DNA of 63,574 nt, counting the filler, from Intoshia linei (lineage: Eukaryota; Animalia; Orthonectida), in assembly GCA_001642005.1 (NCBI GenBank). It is 10 parts of 10 records of this genome, joined end to end, with 100 filler letters (N's around TTAATTAATTAA, not from the genome) between each part and the next. Parts side by side here need not be neighbours in the genome. Positions count along the whole stretch, not along the records: positions 1 to 17,626 come from LWCA01000835.1; 9 more parts are not named here. One strand, 5' to 3'. Positions 1-13,910 of this stretch are shown in pieces. Below the pieces are notes generated by a model. That model worked only from the letters and a program-made list of their open reading frames with translations, searched no databases and had not been told where the DNA came from. A program made the translations under genes and the position numbers. Positions within the stretch are counted from its first letter, which is position 1, and each line of letters begins with the position of its first letter.

Positions 1-955
1 AGCATCAATAATGTTTTGTATCATGATTATTTATTTTGTAATGTTTTGATAGAGAGTATTAAAGTAATGTAAATTCTGTATTAAAATAAAATAAATAATG
101 CTATACAGCGATAATGTAATCTACAGTTCTGGTTATAAGAACTTTACAATAATATATTATGGTAGTAACATTACAATCGGAACATTAGAAACACCTCAGC
201 ATGTAATATGATTGTAAAAATATTACAAGTAATATGAACGGAAAAATAGTCATTCATACTCTTGATTATACAATTAAAAATAATTAAACAAAATAAAACA
301 AAGAAACTTTTTAAAAGATAATATTAAAAAATATAATGATTTTGTACTACAACAAATAATACACTTTTTATACACCTTTATTATGACTTAAATTAGAGAT
401 CGGAAACCTTTTGCATCTAGTGGACCACTTTTCTTTTTTTACAGGTGTATTAGAAATAGTGGATATGACTAACCGGGTACCAAATTTAAAAAATATTATG
501 AAACCATAAATTAGATATTTACGGACATAAAACAACGCTGCTTGTTCTACAACATAACTATCTAATAATGGCAATACAATTATGTTTTAAAATTTATATA
601 ACGGTGCTACTGCCGACAAGGCCCCAGAAATATTATTATTGTGGCGAATAAGAGATTTCATCACTGTTTAAAAAAAAATTTAACAAAAAAAACAACACTA
701 CAAAAGTTAAATAAATTTGATTTGTAAGTTAAGTTTTTTTGTTTTTATAGGTTAAAAAAAAATCGCCCTAATAATTTTCATCAGTCAATCAATCAGAACA
801 GAATTAATCAGTTTAAAAATAAAGTTTGACTGACTAACTGTTAACTAAAATACACAAAATCAACTTTGTCAATATAAATAGCGCAACAATTACCAATACT
901 ACATAAAGTTTACAATAAAATATATTTCAAATTGACAATTTACTAAACTAATATA

Positions 956-2435
956 ATGGACGATGAAATGAATTGTGTAAATGTAGAAGAAACAGATGAC
1001 GAATTTACTGGAGAAGATTACCAATCACAAGAGTATAAAAAACTTTCTTGGTTTTTAAATAAATTATGGAAACTTGTAAATTCTAAAGTCACAGATTCGA
1101 GTGTGAAATGGTCCAGTGTAATTGAAATTTTAAAGAACAATTATAATTATACAAAATTTAGAATGGTAAAAGTTTTTATGTGACAGATAAAGTCAATTTT
1201 TGCGAGCAAGTATTACCGGCCTACTTTAAACATAAAAATTTTGCAAGCTTTGTGCGACAATTAAATATATGTAATTTTTAATTTAACCAATATACAACAC
1301 GTAAACCACTGGTTCTTAAGATATCAATTTTATATTGAACGCATTTTACATTCTTTTTTGAATATGGATACCGCGCAAATTTTAATAACATTTGTAAAAT
1401 ATAATAAAGGACCGATGGACAGTTGAACCTTTGGTAGTTACACTAGACTTGTGTAATTATAATAACTTACTATTAAGACGGATTTACCAAAATGTGCAGC
1501 AAAAAATGGGATTCTTGCAGCATACAAACCAAGTATTCTGGAAGAACTGAATTCACACACGAAAATTTTGTTCGAAATAGATTGGATCTTTTATTTAAAA
1601 TTCAACGAAAAGTGAGATGTATACATAAGGCTATTTAAATTTATTTTTTCTTAGAAAAAAGATGTTAAAGAAGACGATGGCGCTGTTCTCAGAACTTTAG
1701 AAGAAACTCTTTCTAGGGTTGTTAAAATTAACGATGACGGAGAGACAACCAGACAGAATTCTCAACTGATATCACAAAACATTAAAACCATCAATGGCAA
1801 TCAGTCCATTCTAATCAATGAACTTAAACGTTTAAAACATCAAAATAAAATTATTTGGAGTGAATTAGTTGCTTTACGAAATCAGCATAAAAAGCAACAA
1901 GATTTCATGACTCATGTATTTGAGTTTTTAATTAGTTCCATAAAATCCAATAAAACCATTGTAAATAGCGATATTAATAATCAAAGTTCAATTTTGGACA
2001 CTCTCACATATACTGACGAAATTTCTTCTAAAAAAAATGTAATTTTTAGCTTATGCATGTTTATTTTTGATTAGATGCAGTTAACTCCTCTCAATCATCA
2101 GAAACTACATTCACCTTTCGACACAAGTATGAATCTCAAAGATTTTAATTCTAAGAATCAAGATGAACCAAATAATCGTGCTGAAATTGAGGTAAATGTA
2201 TTTTAGGTTAAAAATTTAACATTACTCTATCTAGTTTATAAACTCTGAATATCCTGAAATTCAAAACAACGACCATGCAATGAACCTAATCATGCCAACA
2301 GAATTAATAGAACCAAAACCACAAGAAATAGATAATATTATTGACGATAACGCCGATATATTACTTGAAGACATTTGGGACATTAACAATTACAACTATT
2401 CCGATTTTATAAAGGAATGTGATGATAAATTTTAA
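956..2435 (+). CDS. HSF: Heat shock transcription factor (multi-exon)
   Basis: Spliced translation gives an HSF DNA-binding domain: SWFLNKLWKLV...VKWSS|NGKSFYV...VLPAYFKHKNFASFVRQLNIY GFTK...EFTHENFVRNRLDLLFKIQRK. An HR-A/B-like heptad region follows (LKRLKHQNKIIWSELVALRNQHKKQQ). The last exon ends ECDDKF* at 2433-2435. Introns are GT-AG. Confidence 0.93.
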
Positions 2436-2444
2436 TAAATATTG

Positions 2445-3056
2445 TTATAAATCTGCATTTGACATTGTTTTTTCTTTTCCTAGAGATAGTTCACTAATGA
2501 CCCATTCGATAGATTGTTTTCCTTTCTCAGTGTTAGATCGAGCCGTTTTAGCAATCCAGTTTTCACAGGCGGAAGACACAATCGGAAATCCATTAATGCT
2601 AACACTAGACTCTTGGTGCAGTATAGTTTTTGTGGTAGAATGATCTGGATGAGGTACATAATGCATTTTTTCTATAATACAGAGCCATGGCATAAAGGTA
2701 AGGTTTTTTGAATAAAGAGTGTACGCTTTATTAGTCTTGTCTACAATTGAATTTTCATGAGCATAGGCAACACTTGGGGTGGAAAGGATATTCTGTATCC
2801 ATGAAGGTATATTCCAAGTCAATGTAATGAGTTTGTTTAAATGTAACTTATCGTTTTTTATTTTGTGGTCAATAGTGTCGACGGCAATAACATGTTGGCA
2901 TAATGGGTTTGGGTATTTTTTGACTGCAGCTTCCATAACTGTTTCCCAAGGATGACTAAAAAGATAGTAAATTACAAAACTATAATTCGAAATTCGAATG
3001 TATTTTTAATTAATTAAATATTACTCGAAAACATGATCACTGGCCCAAATACGCAT
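2445..3056 (-). CDS. PRELID3: PRELI/MSF1-domain mitochondrial lipid transfer protein (slowmo-like), 2 exons (3056-3025, 2955-2445)
   Basis: The exon join gives [28 protein letters not shown], the canonical slowmo/SLMO2 N-terminus. YVPHPD...TILHQE and SNTEKGKQSIEWVI are also conserved. Confidence 0.93.
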
Positions 3057-3239
3057 TGTATATATAAAAATACGTCTAAATTATCAATTTGTAATTGTAA
3101 TAAAAGTTGTTAAGACACTAAATTATCGTTAAATAATATTTTTATATATCCATACCAATAACTTTAATTTTATTGACATGTTAAATTTACATTATGTATG
3201 TTACTATACTTTGTTTAATTTGTAACTGATAAGTATTTC

Positions 3240-5640
3240 ATGCCCTCAAAATTAAATACATTTGGTAATTTAGTTTTTTTTATTTTTCTCATTTTTATTA
3301 AACAGGAGAAAAGTTTCGTCAACAAAAATTACCTGCGTGGCAGCCCAATTATACTAGCAATAAAACTATTTTTGCTCTTTTACTTATTGGTGTGGGTTTT
3401 ATATCAATTGGTGTCATTGTTCTTGTTACCACCAACTCTGTAAAATGTTTTAAAAAAATTTATTGTACGGTGGTTATGTATTTGTCACTTACTGAAAGCG
3501 TACCGCGGTCCGCGGAATTTTTAAAAGAAATATCAGCCTTCTTTACCAATTAGATTGTAATCAAGTTATAGAAAACAAATTAATTCATTAAATTTTGATG
3601 GTACAGGTAAGTCGATTAGTAAGTAATTGCGATTTACTGGATAAGTCTTGTAGTAAGATTAAACTTTCCACAGATTTGATTACATGGTAAAGTACTTTTT
3701 TAATTTTCTATAAATGTTTGTAAATTTTTTAATTCAACATGAATTTTATTGAAATTGAAGATTTTCAATTATTCAGAAAATGTCAATTAAAATCTCTAGT
3801 TTATTAATTTTAGATATTTTATTGATTTAATGAATTTTAAGGTTTATTAAATCAAGAAATTCGGGGTAGAAGGAACAAAGTTAAGAAAACTTAGTTGTAG
3901 TATATTCTCGCAACTTGTAGCTTATTGTGTTTATATTCCAAGGAATTTATTAACCGTCTTAATCCAGATGTACCTGCATTATTAAAGTATATATTTAAGG
4001 TTCAAGAATACACAAAAATTTATACACACTGTAATCTTGACAATGACCGACCCAATAGTCAATCAATCGATTGTGCTCATTATACCAGTGACTTTCAAGG
4101 ACTTGAATGCAAATGTCGTGTTTCTCTCAATATTCCAAAAAAAATGAAGGTAATAATTAAAAAAATAAATATTGTATATTTTTCCGGATCATTTTCTTGG
4201 GGTGGCCAGTAGTGGATGATGCAGCAACATTTGACTAGCATAGGTATACTAACTTGGTTTCGACAAATATTCTTTGAAAAACCAGTTAAATCTTTGATTT
4301 GGTGCAACCTCATTTTTCTAGTTCCCTGTTAAAAATTTAAAATTATATTATTAGTTTTCTTGTTAATAATATTTTTTTTTATAGAGTCCAATTTATATTT
4401 ATTATGGATTAACCAATTTTTATCAAAATCACAGAATGTATGTAAAATCTAAAGACAGTAATCAATTGCTCGGTAAAGTATGGAAACCTGAAGATTTAAG
4501 TGCTGATTGTGGTGATTATCGGGTGCATAATGGTAAGGCCGTGTCACCATGTGGAATTATACCTAATACCATTTTTAATGGTTGGAATTTATGTTTTCTT
4601 TTTTATTAGTGTCTAGATACGTTTATAATCAAGTACGAGGGCAAAAATGTTATAATCAATGAAGAAGGTATTTCATGGGAAACTGATCGCATGTACAAAT
4701 TCAACAATCCTACCAATTATAGTAATTATTGTACTAAGAACTAAATTCATAGAGGCATAGACATATTTATCAGCTGTAGTACCACCCGATTCGTAAAGTA
4801 GCCATTGAAATTCCAATTGATATAAATACAAAATTTTAACCCCAGAAATCTACACATTCCCGGTGAAAAATAACTTTGAATATCAACCAATATTTTTCAA
4901 ATATTTCGATTATATTTTATAAATAATAAAAATTGAAAATGTAAGACCACTCAAAACATCACTAATACATTGGATGGTATCATTTCATTAAATAAAGTTA
5001 TATTTAATTTTTGTATAGGATGTTTAAAATGCCAAGCGTCTCCGAAAAAAATTCTCCAAAAATTAAATTATGCTTTTTTCAGTGTAGCCATAAAACTATC
5101 ATACTCGACTTTATATGTTCCTGTACCATAAAATTTCCACAAAAACTAACTACTATAATTCACACCCAATATATACTATATACTCAAATTATTAGTTATA
5201 TTAATTTTTTTACATTATATTATTTATAGATATATCTCAAATGACTAAACCTACCAATTGGCACAAAGATATTACAGAGTTTGATAATCATTTGGGTTAT
5301 AAAAGTGAAAAGTTAATTGTATGGATGCGTTTATCGGCGTATCCAAATTTCCGTAAAGCATATGGTCGCATAGAAAAGGATTTAGAAGCTGGCATTTACA
5401 ATATATCCATCAATTATAGTAATTTATGATAATTTATTTTAATGTTATAAAAAAACTTATGTAGACTACCCTGTTGACGTTTTTAATGGTGAAAAGAGTA
5501 TTATCCTATCAACAACATCATACCTTGGTGGAAAAAATAGGTTTATTGGAATAATGTATGTACTAAGCGGAGTAATGTTTTTTATTTGCTCAATTGCCTT
5601 TTTTGTATTCAAAAGATCAATTAAAAATGTGGATGTGTAA
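3240..5640 (+). CDS. TMEM30A: CDC50/TMEM30 P4-ATPase flippase beta subunit (multi-exon)
   Basis: Exons encode FRQQKLPAWQP plus a TM helix, IYIYYGLTNFYQNHRMYVKS, PCGIIPNTIFND, ISWETDR, LIVWMRLSAYPNFRKAYG and YPV...GEKSIILSTTSYLGGKNRFIGIMY. The frame ends KNVDV* at 5640. Confidence 0.95.
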
Positions 5641-6816
5641 AATTACCTCTAATTACAAAATTTTTAAAATTACACTGAAATTCAAAAATATCTCAAAATA
5701 TCCCAACAATGGTGGTTAAAAATAAATCTTTACAAATGTCTATAATTATTTTTAACTGAATAAAAGACATTGTTCATCAATCCTGTATTTTTTTAAAAAA
5801 TTATTTATATTGGTTATTTTATTATTCCTACTAGAAAAATCGTGATTAAAATTCAAAAGAGAATATTAAGATTCCTTTTGGTGTACAAATTCATTAGAGA
5901 TTCAATTTTATAAAAGTTTGTTGACAATATTGTATTTTATCCAACTCATGCGTATCTTTAAATATGATCAAGCGTAATCATTTGATTAAAAATATACATT
6001 TTATTTTATATTGCAGACATTTTACCTGCTACCGTTACATATATATTTTAATCGTTATAAACAAATTGTATTTATAATAACTACTAATTTTCATTATTCA
6101 TCAATTCTTGTTAATAAATCTTTGATTTTGTTTAAAATTAATATCAAATTTGCATTTACATGTTTACATTTTTTATGTAAATGCATAATCTGGTATTAAT
6201 ATTTTTCAAATATTTATAGGTTTTTAGGGTTAGGTACGATTTTTTATTTGTAGTGGATTAATAAATCAATGGATCCAAAAAATAACATGCCAACTGGTAA
6301 TGTGAAATATTTAGGGAAATATTAAATACATATTAATATGACTGTCATATAGTATAGGAAGAGTCAATTTAAAACTATTTAGGTTTCGGGTATTGATTAC
6401 CGTTCAATGGACCGAAATGTAAATGCAATTTGGGGACTAGAAGAATAGTTACAAAAGTTTCAGTTTATTCGGTTAGTTATCTATTTATAACTAATAGGAA
6501 CATATTTACGATTTTTTTGGTTAAAATGGTTATATTTTTTTCAATCATAACTAGGGCAGTTAAAATTTAAATTAATTTTGAATTTGTCTTTGTAAACATT
6601 AAAATCTTATGTAAGAAGAAAAATTAATTTTTACAATTTCATACATACAAAAAAAATAAATATAACCTCGAATTGGTATTTCCAATATTTATAAATCTAT
6701 ATTTGTAGATAAACTTTGATACATTCATCAATTGGTTGAGTTTAAATACATTTGTATATACAATTTTAGCAGAATTCATCGATAATATTGGAATATATTA
6801 ACTCTACTTTTATTAA

Positions 6817-8144
6817 ATGAGTTATTCTTCTCCATACAATAAACCAAAAGAACCAGAAAAGGGAAGCTTTCCGTTGGATTATGATGGTTACCTTAAATTT
6901 TTGTTTTAATGTACATATCAGGGTCGACGGGCTTCATAATTACGCACGCAGAAACTTATATTATATAATCAAAACAGTAGAGACCCAATTCAATAATTGA
7001 TGAGTGCTAGAACTTAGTGTTTCATCTAACACAATCAGCAGTTAATTTTTAACATCAACTGGAACGTATCATGGGAAAACATTATATAGGGTCATTTTAA
7101 CATTTTTATCATAATTTGTGGCATACTTTTATCAATTTTAAATTACAATATTTTCCTCATAATTACTAAGCTCCCCTGGTCATTTCCTTCAAAAATGTCT
7201 AAATTTCAGTGTAGTTTTAATTTTAATAAAATTGTAAATATAGGTGTCTGCAAATCTGTGAGAACAATATTCATGCAATGTCTCAAAGAAAAAAAAAGTA
7301 AAGTTAGAGAATGCAAGAAAGAAATGCGAGATTATTTTCAATGTAGAATAGACAAGTGAGTTTATACGGTTCCAAACCTACCGTATCTCGACACCCATGA
7401 TTATTTATTAATTTTTATTTTATTTATCATTGACAGCTTATGGGAAGGCTCGACCTTGTAATTTGACTATGAAAATTTTGTAAAATCGAATTTAAAATGT
7501 CAAGATAATAGCCTGGGATATAGGGTAATTTACAATTAAATTTTTAGGGATCTATTTTTCTGTATCGTTTGTGGCTTCGGGGTAGGTAATATCCATTTGA
7601 AAAATTCACGTAACTTAGCGCTTTTGGAAATTTTGCAGTTCCAAATTTACTGTACATTTATCTAGCTATAAGTTACAAAATCTATAAATTTGTAATTTAT
7701 TTCTGTTAGTTGGGCTAAAATTTAATTTTCCATATTATTTTGTATAGTTTTATTCACATAAAAATATAAAAAGAAAAGTAATTAGATAGAAATATGAATA
7801 ATATTAAATAGAAAAGTAGACGTAGGAACTTTTCAAAAACGAACTACAATTTTTTTTGTAGAAATCATATTTCAATATTATATTTTACTTTTTAATCTAT
7901 ACATTAATATTATACATGTATATGCTATTATAATTAAGTGTCACTAAAGTAAAATTAGAGTTTTCTACTTATAATAAGTCTTATTATAACTGTCAAAAAA
8001 ATTTAACCAAACCTAAGGGAAAATTTTTTCTCTTTGATAAGTTGAACTGATTTCAGTTAATACATACATTTAATTTTTTTACATTTTAGCCAACTTATGC
8101 AACCAGAATCAATGTACAGTTTAGGATTGGAAGATGAAGATTAA
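6817..8144 (+). CDS. COX19: Cytochrome c oxidase assembly protein COX19 (3 exons, missed by ORF track)
   Basis: MSYSSPYNKPKEPEKGSFPLDYD|GVCKSVRTIFMQCLKEKKSKVRECKKEMRDYFQCRID|NQLMQPESMYSLGLEDED*. This has the P-x-KGSFPLD motif and a twin CX9C. Confidence 0.93.
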
Positions 8145-8748
8145 AATTACTGATTTATTTGAAAATCAAAGTATTTAAGAATAAATTCAATTGTTATACA
8201 TTAAATCAGTGCTTTCCAACCGGTGTGTCGCCAATTATCTCCAGATGTATCGCCAAACTTTTTAAAATTTATAAAATATTAACAATAATAATGTAAATAT
8301 TATAGTCTGACCAAATAAAATTTTTGATTCTAAATAGCATAAATATAATTTTCAAATGAAAATAAAATTTTTACATAACTAAATTAGCGTTATTTTGAAA
8401 TTTGATTAAATTCATCACCAAAATGATTATTTTACATTCAAAATAAATAAATAAAGCATCAAATCACCTGTTAATATTGTTCACGCACATTTTTGAAATA
8501 ATTTAAATCTCGTTTATACAAAAGTGATTTTATGTTATATATAAAGATATTAAAAGAATATGTTCATCCAAACAATCACAAATCTCTTATTCATTTTGTA
8601 TTTTTTTAGATATAAACATTTATATTATACATGTATTTGAAATCATCTCATTATTTTTGTATTTGTTCACTTTTATTCTTTTAATTTATATATTTTTAAC
8701 AATCATTTAATAACATTACATATATAATTATTTTTAATCTATAGTGGA

Positions 8749-11700
8749 TAACCTGTGTCCTTATTCAAACTAATAAAAATACCCTATTGATAAATATGAA
8801 ACTTTTCATTGCGAAGTGATGTGTTGGTGTGATTTAAATTGTTCAACTCTTAAAATGACCACCAACTTTTTGCATTTTAAAAAATTTTAATTTTTGGAAC
8901 GTGAACTTTATATTAATATATAGTGATGACAACCGCGTCAAGTCATGCGTTCAGTGATTCATAAGGCATCTTTTGATATGTGTAGGGATTGTAGAAACTA
9001 CTTTTTTGTATGTAAAATGTGAACATATTATATTTTAAAATAATATCCATCTACAAAATATACTGAAAACTGAAATAGATCTACTTAATTTTTTTCATTT
9101 AGCATAAAAAAATATAATATGATTTAACTTTACTTAATGTGATTGAACTCAATATACAATATTCACATATTTATTAAATAATATTATAATATATTATTAA
9201 TATTTATCAATGATCATTTATTATTGTATTGATGAATCTATTATAATAATATATTTNATCTATTATAATAATATATTTATTAATATTAAAGTAAATTAAA
9301 CATAAATCCTGATTTTCACGGAACTTATTAATTGGACTTTAGTAATTGATCTTGTCGTATACTTATAATATATAAAAGATGAACTCTGTAATAATTGACC
9401 CTAATCTTAAAAATTAAAATATAATTAAACTAGGAATCGGCACCAAGATTGTTTTTAAATTTGTAAACTATGTCAAGATTACTTATCAATTGAATTAGTG
9501 TGCTTATAGTTTACTGTGCGTAATATTAAATTTGTTTTAAAAATTGTCTAAAAATATTTTATATTTTATTTATTTACTATAAATTAATAATTATAATTCA
9601 AACAAGAAAACTTTACAACTCTGGTATAAATCTTACTGCTATAAAAATATTTTATAAAATATAGATTATATCTTAATTTAAATCATTGAAAAAAGAATCC
9701 AGATTATGGCCAGGTTATCAAAATTCATTGGTGGAATTAAAAACTGTACCAACCATGGAACAAGTCTTAAGAAAAATACATGTGGTGCAACAAATTAACA
9801 ATGGATATAATTTGTCTCAGATAATTCCAATAGTTGCTAGTGAGATATTTCATTGCTGGACTAAACAAGATATACCTGTTCAAAAACGTGAAGCTATCGA
9901 AAAAAAAATATTCTCTTTATAAAAAAAAACAAATTATATAGAATGTAAGGATTTATTTGATGTGATCATCAAAACATCAAACATCAAAACCTGAATTCAA
10001 AACACCTCTGGATAAAGTATATTACAATAATAAAAAAGGTATTGGTTATTGTACTACATCAATTGTTGAATATAAAATACATCTTTCTAAAAGATTAAAA
10101 AGTGATAATGATATACCGGGATCATCCGAATGTATTGACACATTTAATGAAAATAATGATTACGCAAAAATACAATTTAATTCTCTTGATTCATTTAGTG
10201 AAAACATTAAAAAAGATAGAATAAATACAGATTTGGCTAAAGAATTACGTGAAAATGCAAATCTGTCATTATCTCAAATTATCATTGTACTTAATGTTAT
10301 GTATAATAAATTCAGAGATGATCGAATGAAACCACCAACACAGAGCGAATTGAATAGATGTACTATAAAAAAGGCGAAAGCAAATAAGCCATGTTTAAGT
10401 GATTATGATGTTTTACAATTCGATGGTAAAAAATAGTACAATTTATATGGTCAAAAAAAACATATTCTGGCAATCTGTTTTGATGAAAAATTAATAGGAT
10501 TTGAAATACATAACAAATCCGCATATATTATATCTGAAAAAATATTGTCAATATAAAAAACAATATAAATTATCTCCTATAAATATAGTCACTGACACTG
10601 AGCCTACAAATACAGGATGTAAAAATGGCGTTATCGTTCGATTACAGCGTGTATACTCCGATTGCACATATTCTCCATGTAAATTACATATCCTTGATCT
10701 TATTTTAAAGCATCACTTCATTAATATATTTTTCAATGTAACTGTAGGTCCAAATTTTCAATATAAATTCGTAAATAAATTGCATAATAATTGGAAAACA
10801 TTTCAAATATTATATAATAACAAAGCAAACTCAAATTTACCATTTTATGATGATTTCCCTTAAGACGAAGAACGAAGAAGAGATTATTTATTGTTGCTAC
10901 AATGTGTTAAAGCTGTTCGTTACTTTCGTAATACCCATCGGTTTGCAATAATCAATTTACCAAATTAGCCCCCTTCCATTAGCGCGGCAAGATGGAATAG
11001 CCGTGCAATATATTCACTTATAGCTGAGGTATGTGGTGAATCTACTGAACAGATATTCAGTGTAAATACGTTCATTATACATTGTTGGTCCATTGAATGG
11101 TTTGGAATGAGATCATTCATAAACTGGAACAAATTAATAAACTGTCAAAATAATATGTAATTCATCCAAAAACGTTCTAGTAAAAAATAATTTGACCGGC
11201 TTTGATTTAAATNTTGGAAAACATTTCAAATATTATATAATAACAAAGCAGACTCAAATTTACCATTTTATGATGACCTCCCTAAAGACGAAGAACGAAG
11301 AAGAGATTACTTATTGTTGCTACAATGTGTTGAAGCTGTTCGTTACTTTCGTACTACCCATTGGTTTGCAATAATCAATTTACGAAATCAGCCCCTTCCA
11401 TTAGAGCGGCAAGATGGAATAGCCGTGCAATATATTCACTTATAGCTGAGTTATGTGGTGAATCTACTGAAAAGATATTTAGTTGAAATACGTTCATTAT
11501 ACATTATTGGTCCATTGAATGGTTTGGAGTGAGATCATACATAAACTGGATCAAATTAATAAACTGTCAAATAATATGTAATTCATCCAAAAACGTTCTA
11601 GTAAAAAATAATTTGACCGGCTTTGATTTAAATCCTTGCACAAATAAATTAGCTGAAAGGGTGTTTAAAATGGCCAATGAAAAAATACACCACTTTAAAT

Positions 11701-12167
11701 CACTTCAAAATTTGAAACACGTTTTGATTAGATATTTCAATGACCCTGAAATGAGATTAAACTGAAGAATTAAATATTGTAAATTTATTCTATGTAAAAT
11801 TATATATTTATTTTCCTTATTTTCTTATATATTTTTTACAACAATATACATCTTAAAGTAATTTTTGTGGTGATTTAGCTTTATTATTTTTTTACTTTCA
11901 ATTTTTATCTGATAGAGAAAAATTTAATTTACATTATAGCGAAAAATTAATTATGAATTATTTAATTTAATAAGCTTCAATTATAAATTTAGTATGAATT
12001 TTGACACTATTTTCATTTTTTTAAAGGACATTTAGGGCAAAAGTCCGTGGTCCTTTTTGATTTCAAATATTTTCAAATGGATATTCGTAACATACACAAA
12101 ATTTCTCATCTTTTCCCGTGGGCTATTTTTTGTTTAATCAAAAAAAGGTGTTTTTGGACACAGGTTA
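8749..12167 (+). mobile_element. DNA transposon with perfect 12-bp TIRs, 8-bp TSD and a degenerate DDE transposase (divergent hAT-like)
   Basis: TIR TAACCTGTGTCC (8749-8760) pairs with GGACACAGGTTA (12156-12167). TSD ATAGTGGA lies at 8741-8748 and 12168-12175. Disrupted ORFs at 9686-11765 carry LQFDGK, VTDTEPTNTG, CKLHILDL, ARWNSRAIY and TNKLAERVFK. Confidence 0.85.
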
Positions 12168-12218
12168 ATAGTGGAGCATTAATTTTATATTTATTTTGAA
12201 ATTATTATAAAAAAATTN

Positions 12219-12571
12219 CCATCGGTTTGCAATAATCAATATACCAAATCAGCCCTTTTCCATTAGCGCGGCAAGATGGAATAGCCGTGCAATATATTCA
12301 CTTATAGCTGAGTTATGTGGTGAATCTACTAAAAAGATGTTCAGTGTAAATACGTTCATTATACATTATTGGTCCATTGAATGGTTTTGAAGTAAGATCA
12401 TTTATAAACTAAAAAAAATTAATAAACTGTCAAATAATATGTAATTTATCCAAAAACGTTCTAGTAAAAAATAATTTGACCGGCTTTGATTTAAATGCTT
12501 GCACAAATGAATTAGGTGAAAGGGTGTTTAGAATGGCTAATGAAAAAATACACCACTCTAAATCACTTCAA
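12219..12571 (+). repeat. Extra diverged copy of the transposase 3' segment
   Basis: Near-identical to about 11356-11708 and, in its first part, to 10935-11212. It begins right after a single N at 12218. Confidence 0.8.
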
Positions 12572-13039
12572 ACCGGCAAACATAATTATTTGCGCACGGG
12601 AAGGTTTCTGTTTTTATCCCATCGAGAGTAGTGCTTACTACTTGTTTTAAATTAAAAAAAATTTTAATTAATAAATGTATTATTGCTTTACATAATTATA
12701 AATAGGATCAAACTCAAGACTTTAATGAAACACTACTCTCTCCTAAAAAATCAATTTCGGCATCATTCATTATTAACCACATAATCAAAATAAATTCTAA
12801 ATTAAGAAATAATTATAATGATAGTACGAAAGCAGACAAAAAACAGAATGAAAATTCTTTTAATTTTATTTTCCAAAAATATCAATATTAATAAAAAAGA
12901 ATAGAGCTGGCAGCGTTAATAGGAAATATTCTACTTGACAAAAGTAAACTAACATAACCGAAACGAGTTTAATAAATATTTACTAATTTGATTAACTTGA
13001 AAAGTATGTTTTAACAATTGCTTCAATATTCACGTTTAT

Positions 13040-13910
13040 ATCCTTATCTTCATAAACATAAGAATCATAAGACATCATTTCAAGACGTGGTTCGAAGTTT
13101 TCACACAATATTGATGATACTTTAAAATGGGATTTTATCCGAATTAATGAACTTAGCATATCTAGACTTAATTTATTACACTTAGCTGACTTAATATGGG
13201 TTACCTTAGAAAATATTTTTTCTACTGTTGCATTGCTGATAGGAAGTCAACATACTTTTAATGCAAATTGAGAAACAGTCAAAAACGGTCTATTACCAAC
13301 AGCATTTTTATATGCACCAACATGCTTCCAAAACAATTCAGTGTCATTTAAAAAAGTAGGGTCCCAATTTATATTTCTTATTTAGCGGCATTCTTTCTCG
13401 ATTTCATCAATTGAAGAATGATCAATTAATTATATCGGTAAAGAAGCAAAATTAAAACTATCACTTAGTATATGTAAGGGAGATATTACCTTTGCTTTAT
13501 TTAAAACCACAATATTTAAAGATACGCGTTTGTTTAGTTCAAGAACACACCCTAGTAAAAAAGATCTCATTGTCACCTGTAAATTAGTTTTGATTCCAAT
13601 ATGGGCCCCTAAAAATTGTCTAGGCAAATAACCAATATCCATCTGATCCAAACTTTTCGAATTTGTAGGATCTTTTGGTTATATTTTTTTTAAATAATTC
13701 TAACTCATCTAATAATCGGGATGGGTCACACTTGTCAGATTGAAAATTTTTATTGATATTTTCAAACACTTTGACTCAAAATTCAACTCAGGGCTCAGGG
13801 TTAAGTGATGTTTCTCATGTAATAATGTAATAATTAAACTAATTTCACTTAACATTTGATCTATATTAGATTTATTCATATTAATATTGTTAGATTTTAT
13901 AGAATTCATC
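13040..13910 (-). pseudogene. hAT transposase C-terminal remnant
   Basis: The minus strand reads FWKHVGAY...FLTVSQFALKVC*LPISNATVEKIFSKVTHIKSAKCNKLSLDMLSSLIRIK, a hATC dimerisation-domain pattern with stops. Confidence 0.75.

Noticed and set aside
100-665. Possible minus-strand spliced gene divergent from HSF
   Set aside because: Exon-like segments exist, but I could not build a consistent frame or recognise a family.
9236-9278. 21-bp direct repeat around a single N
   Set aside because: Typical contig-overlap artefact.
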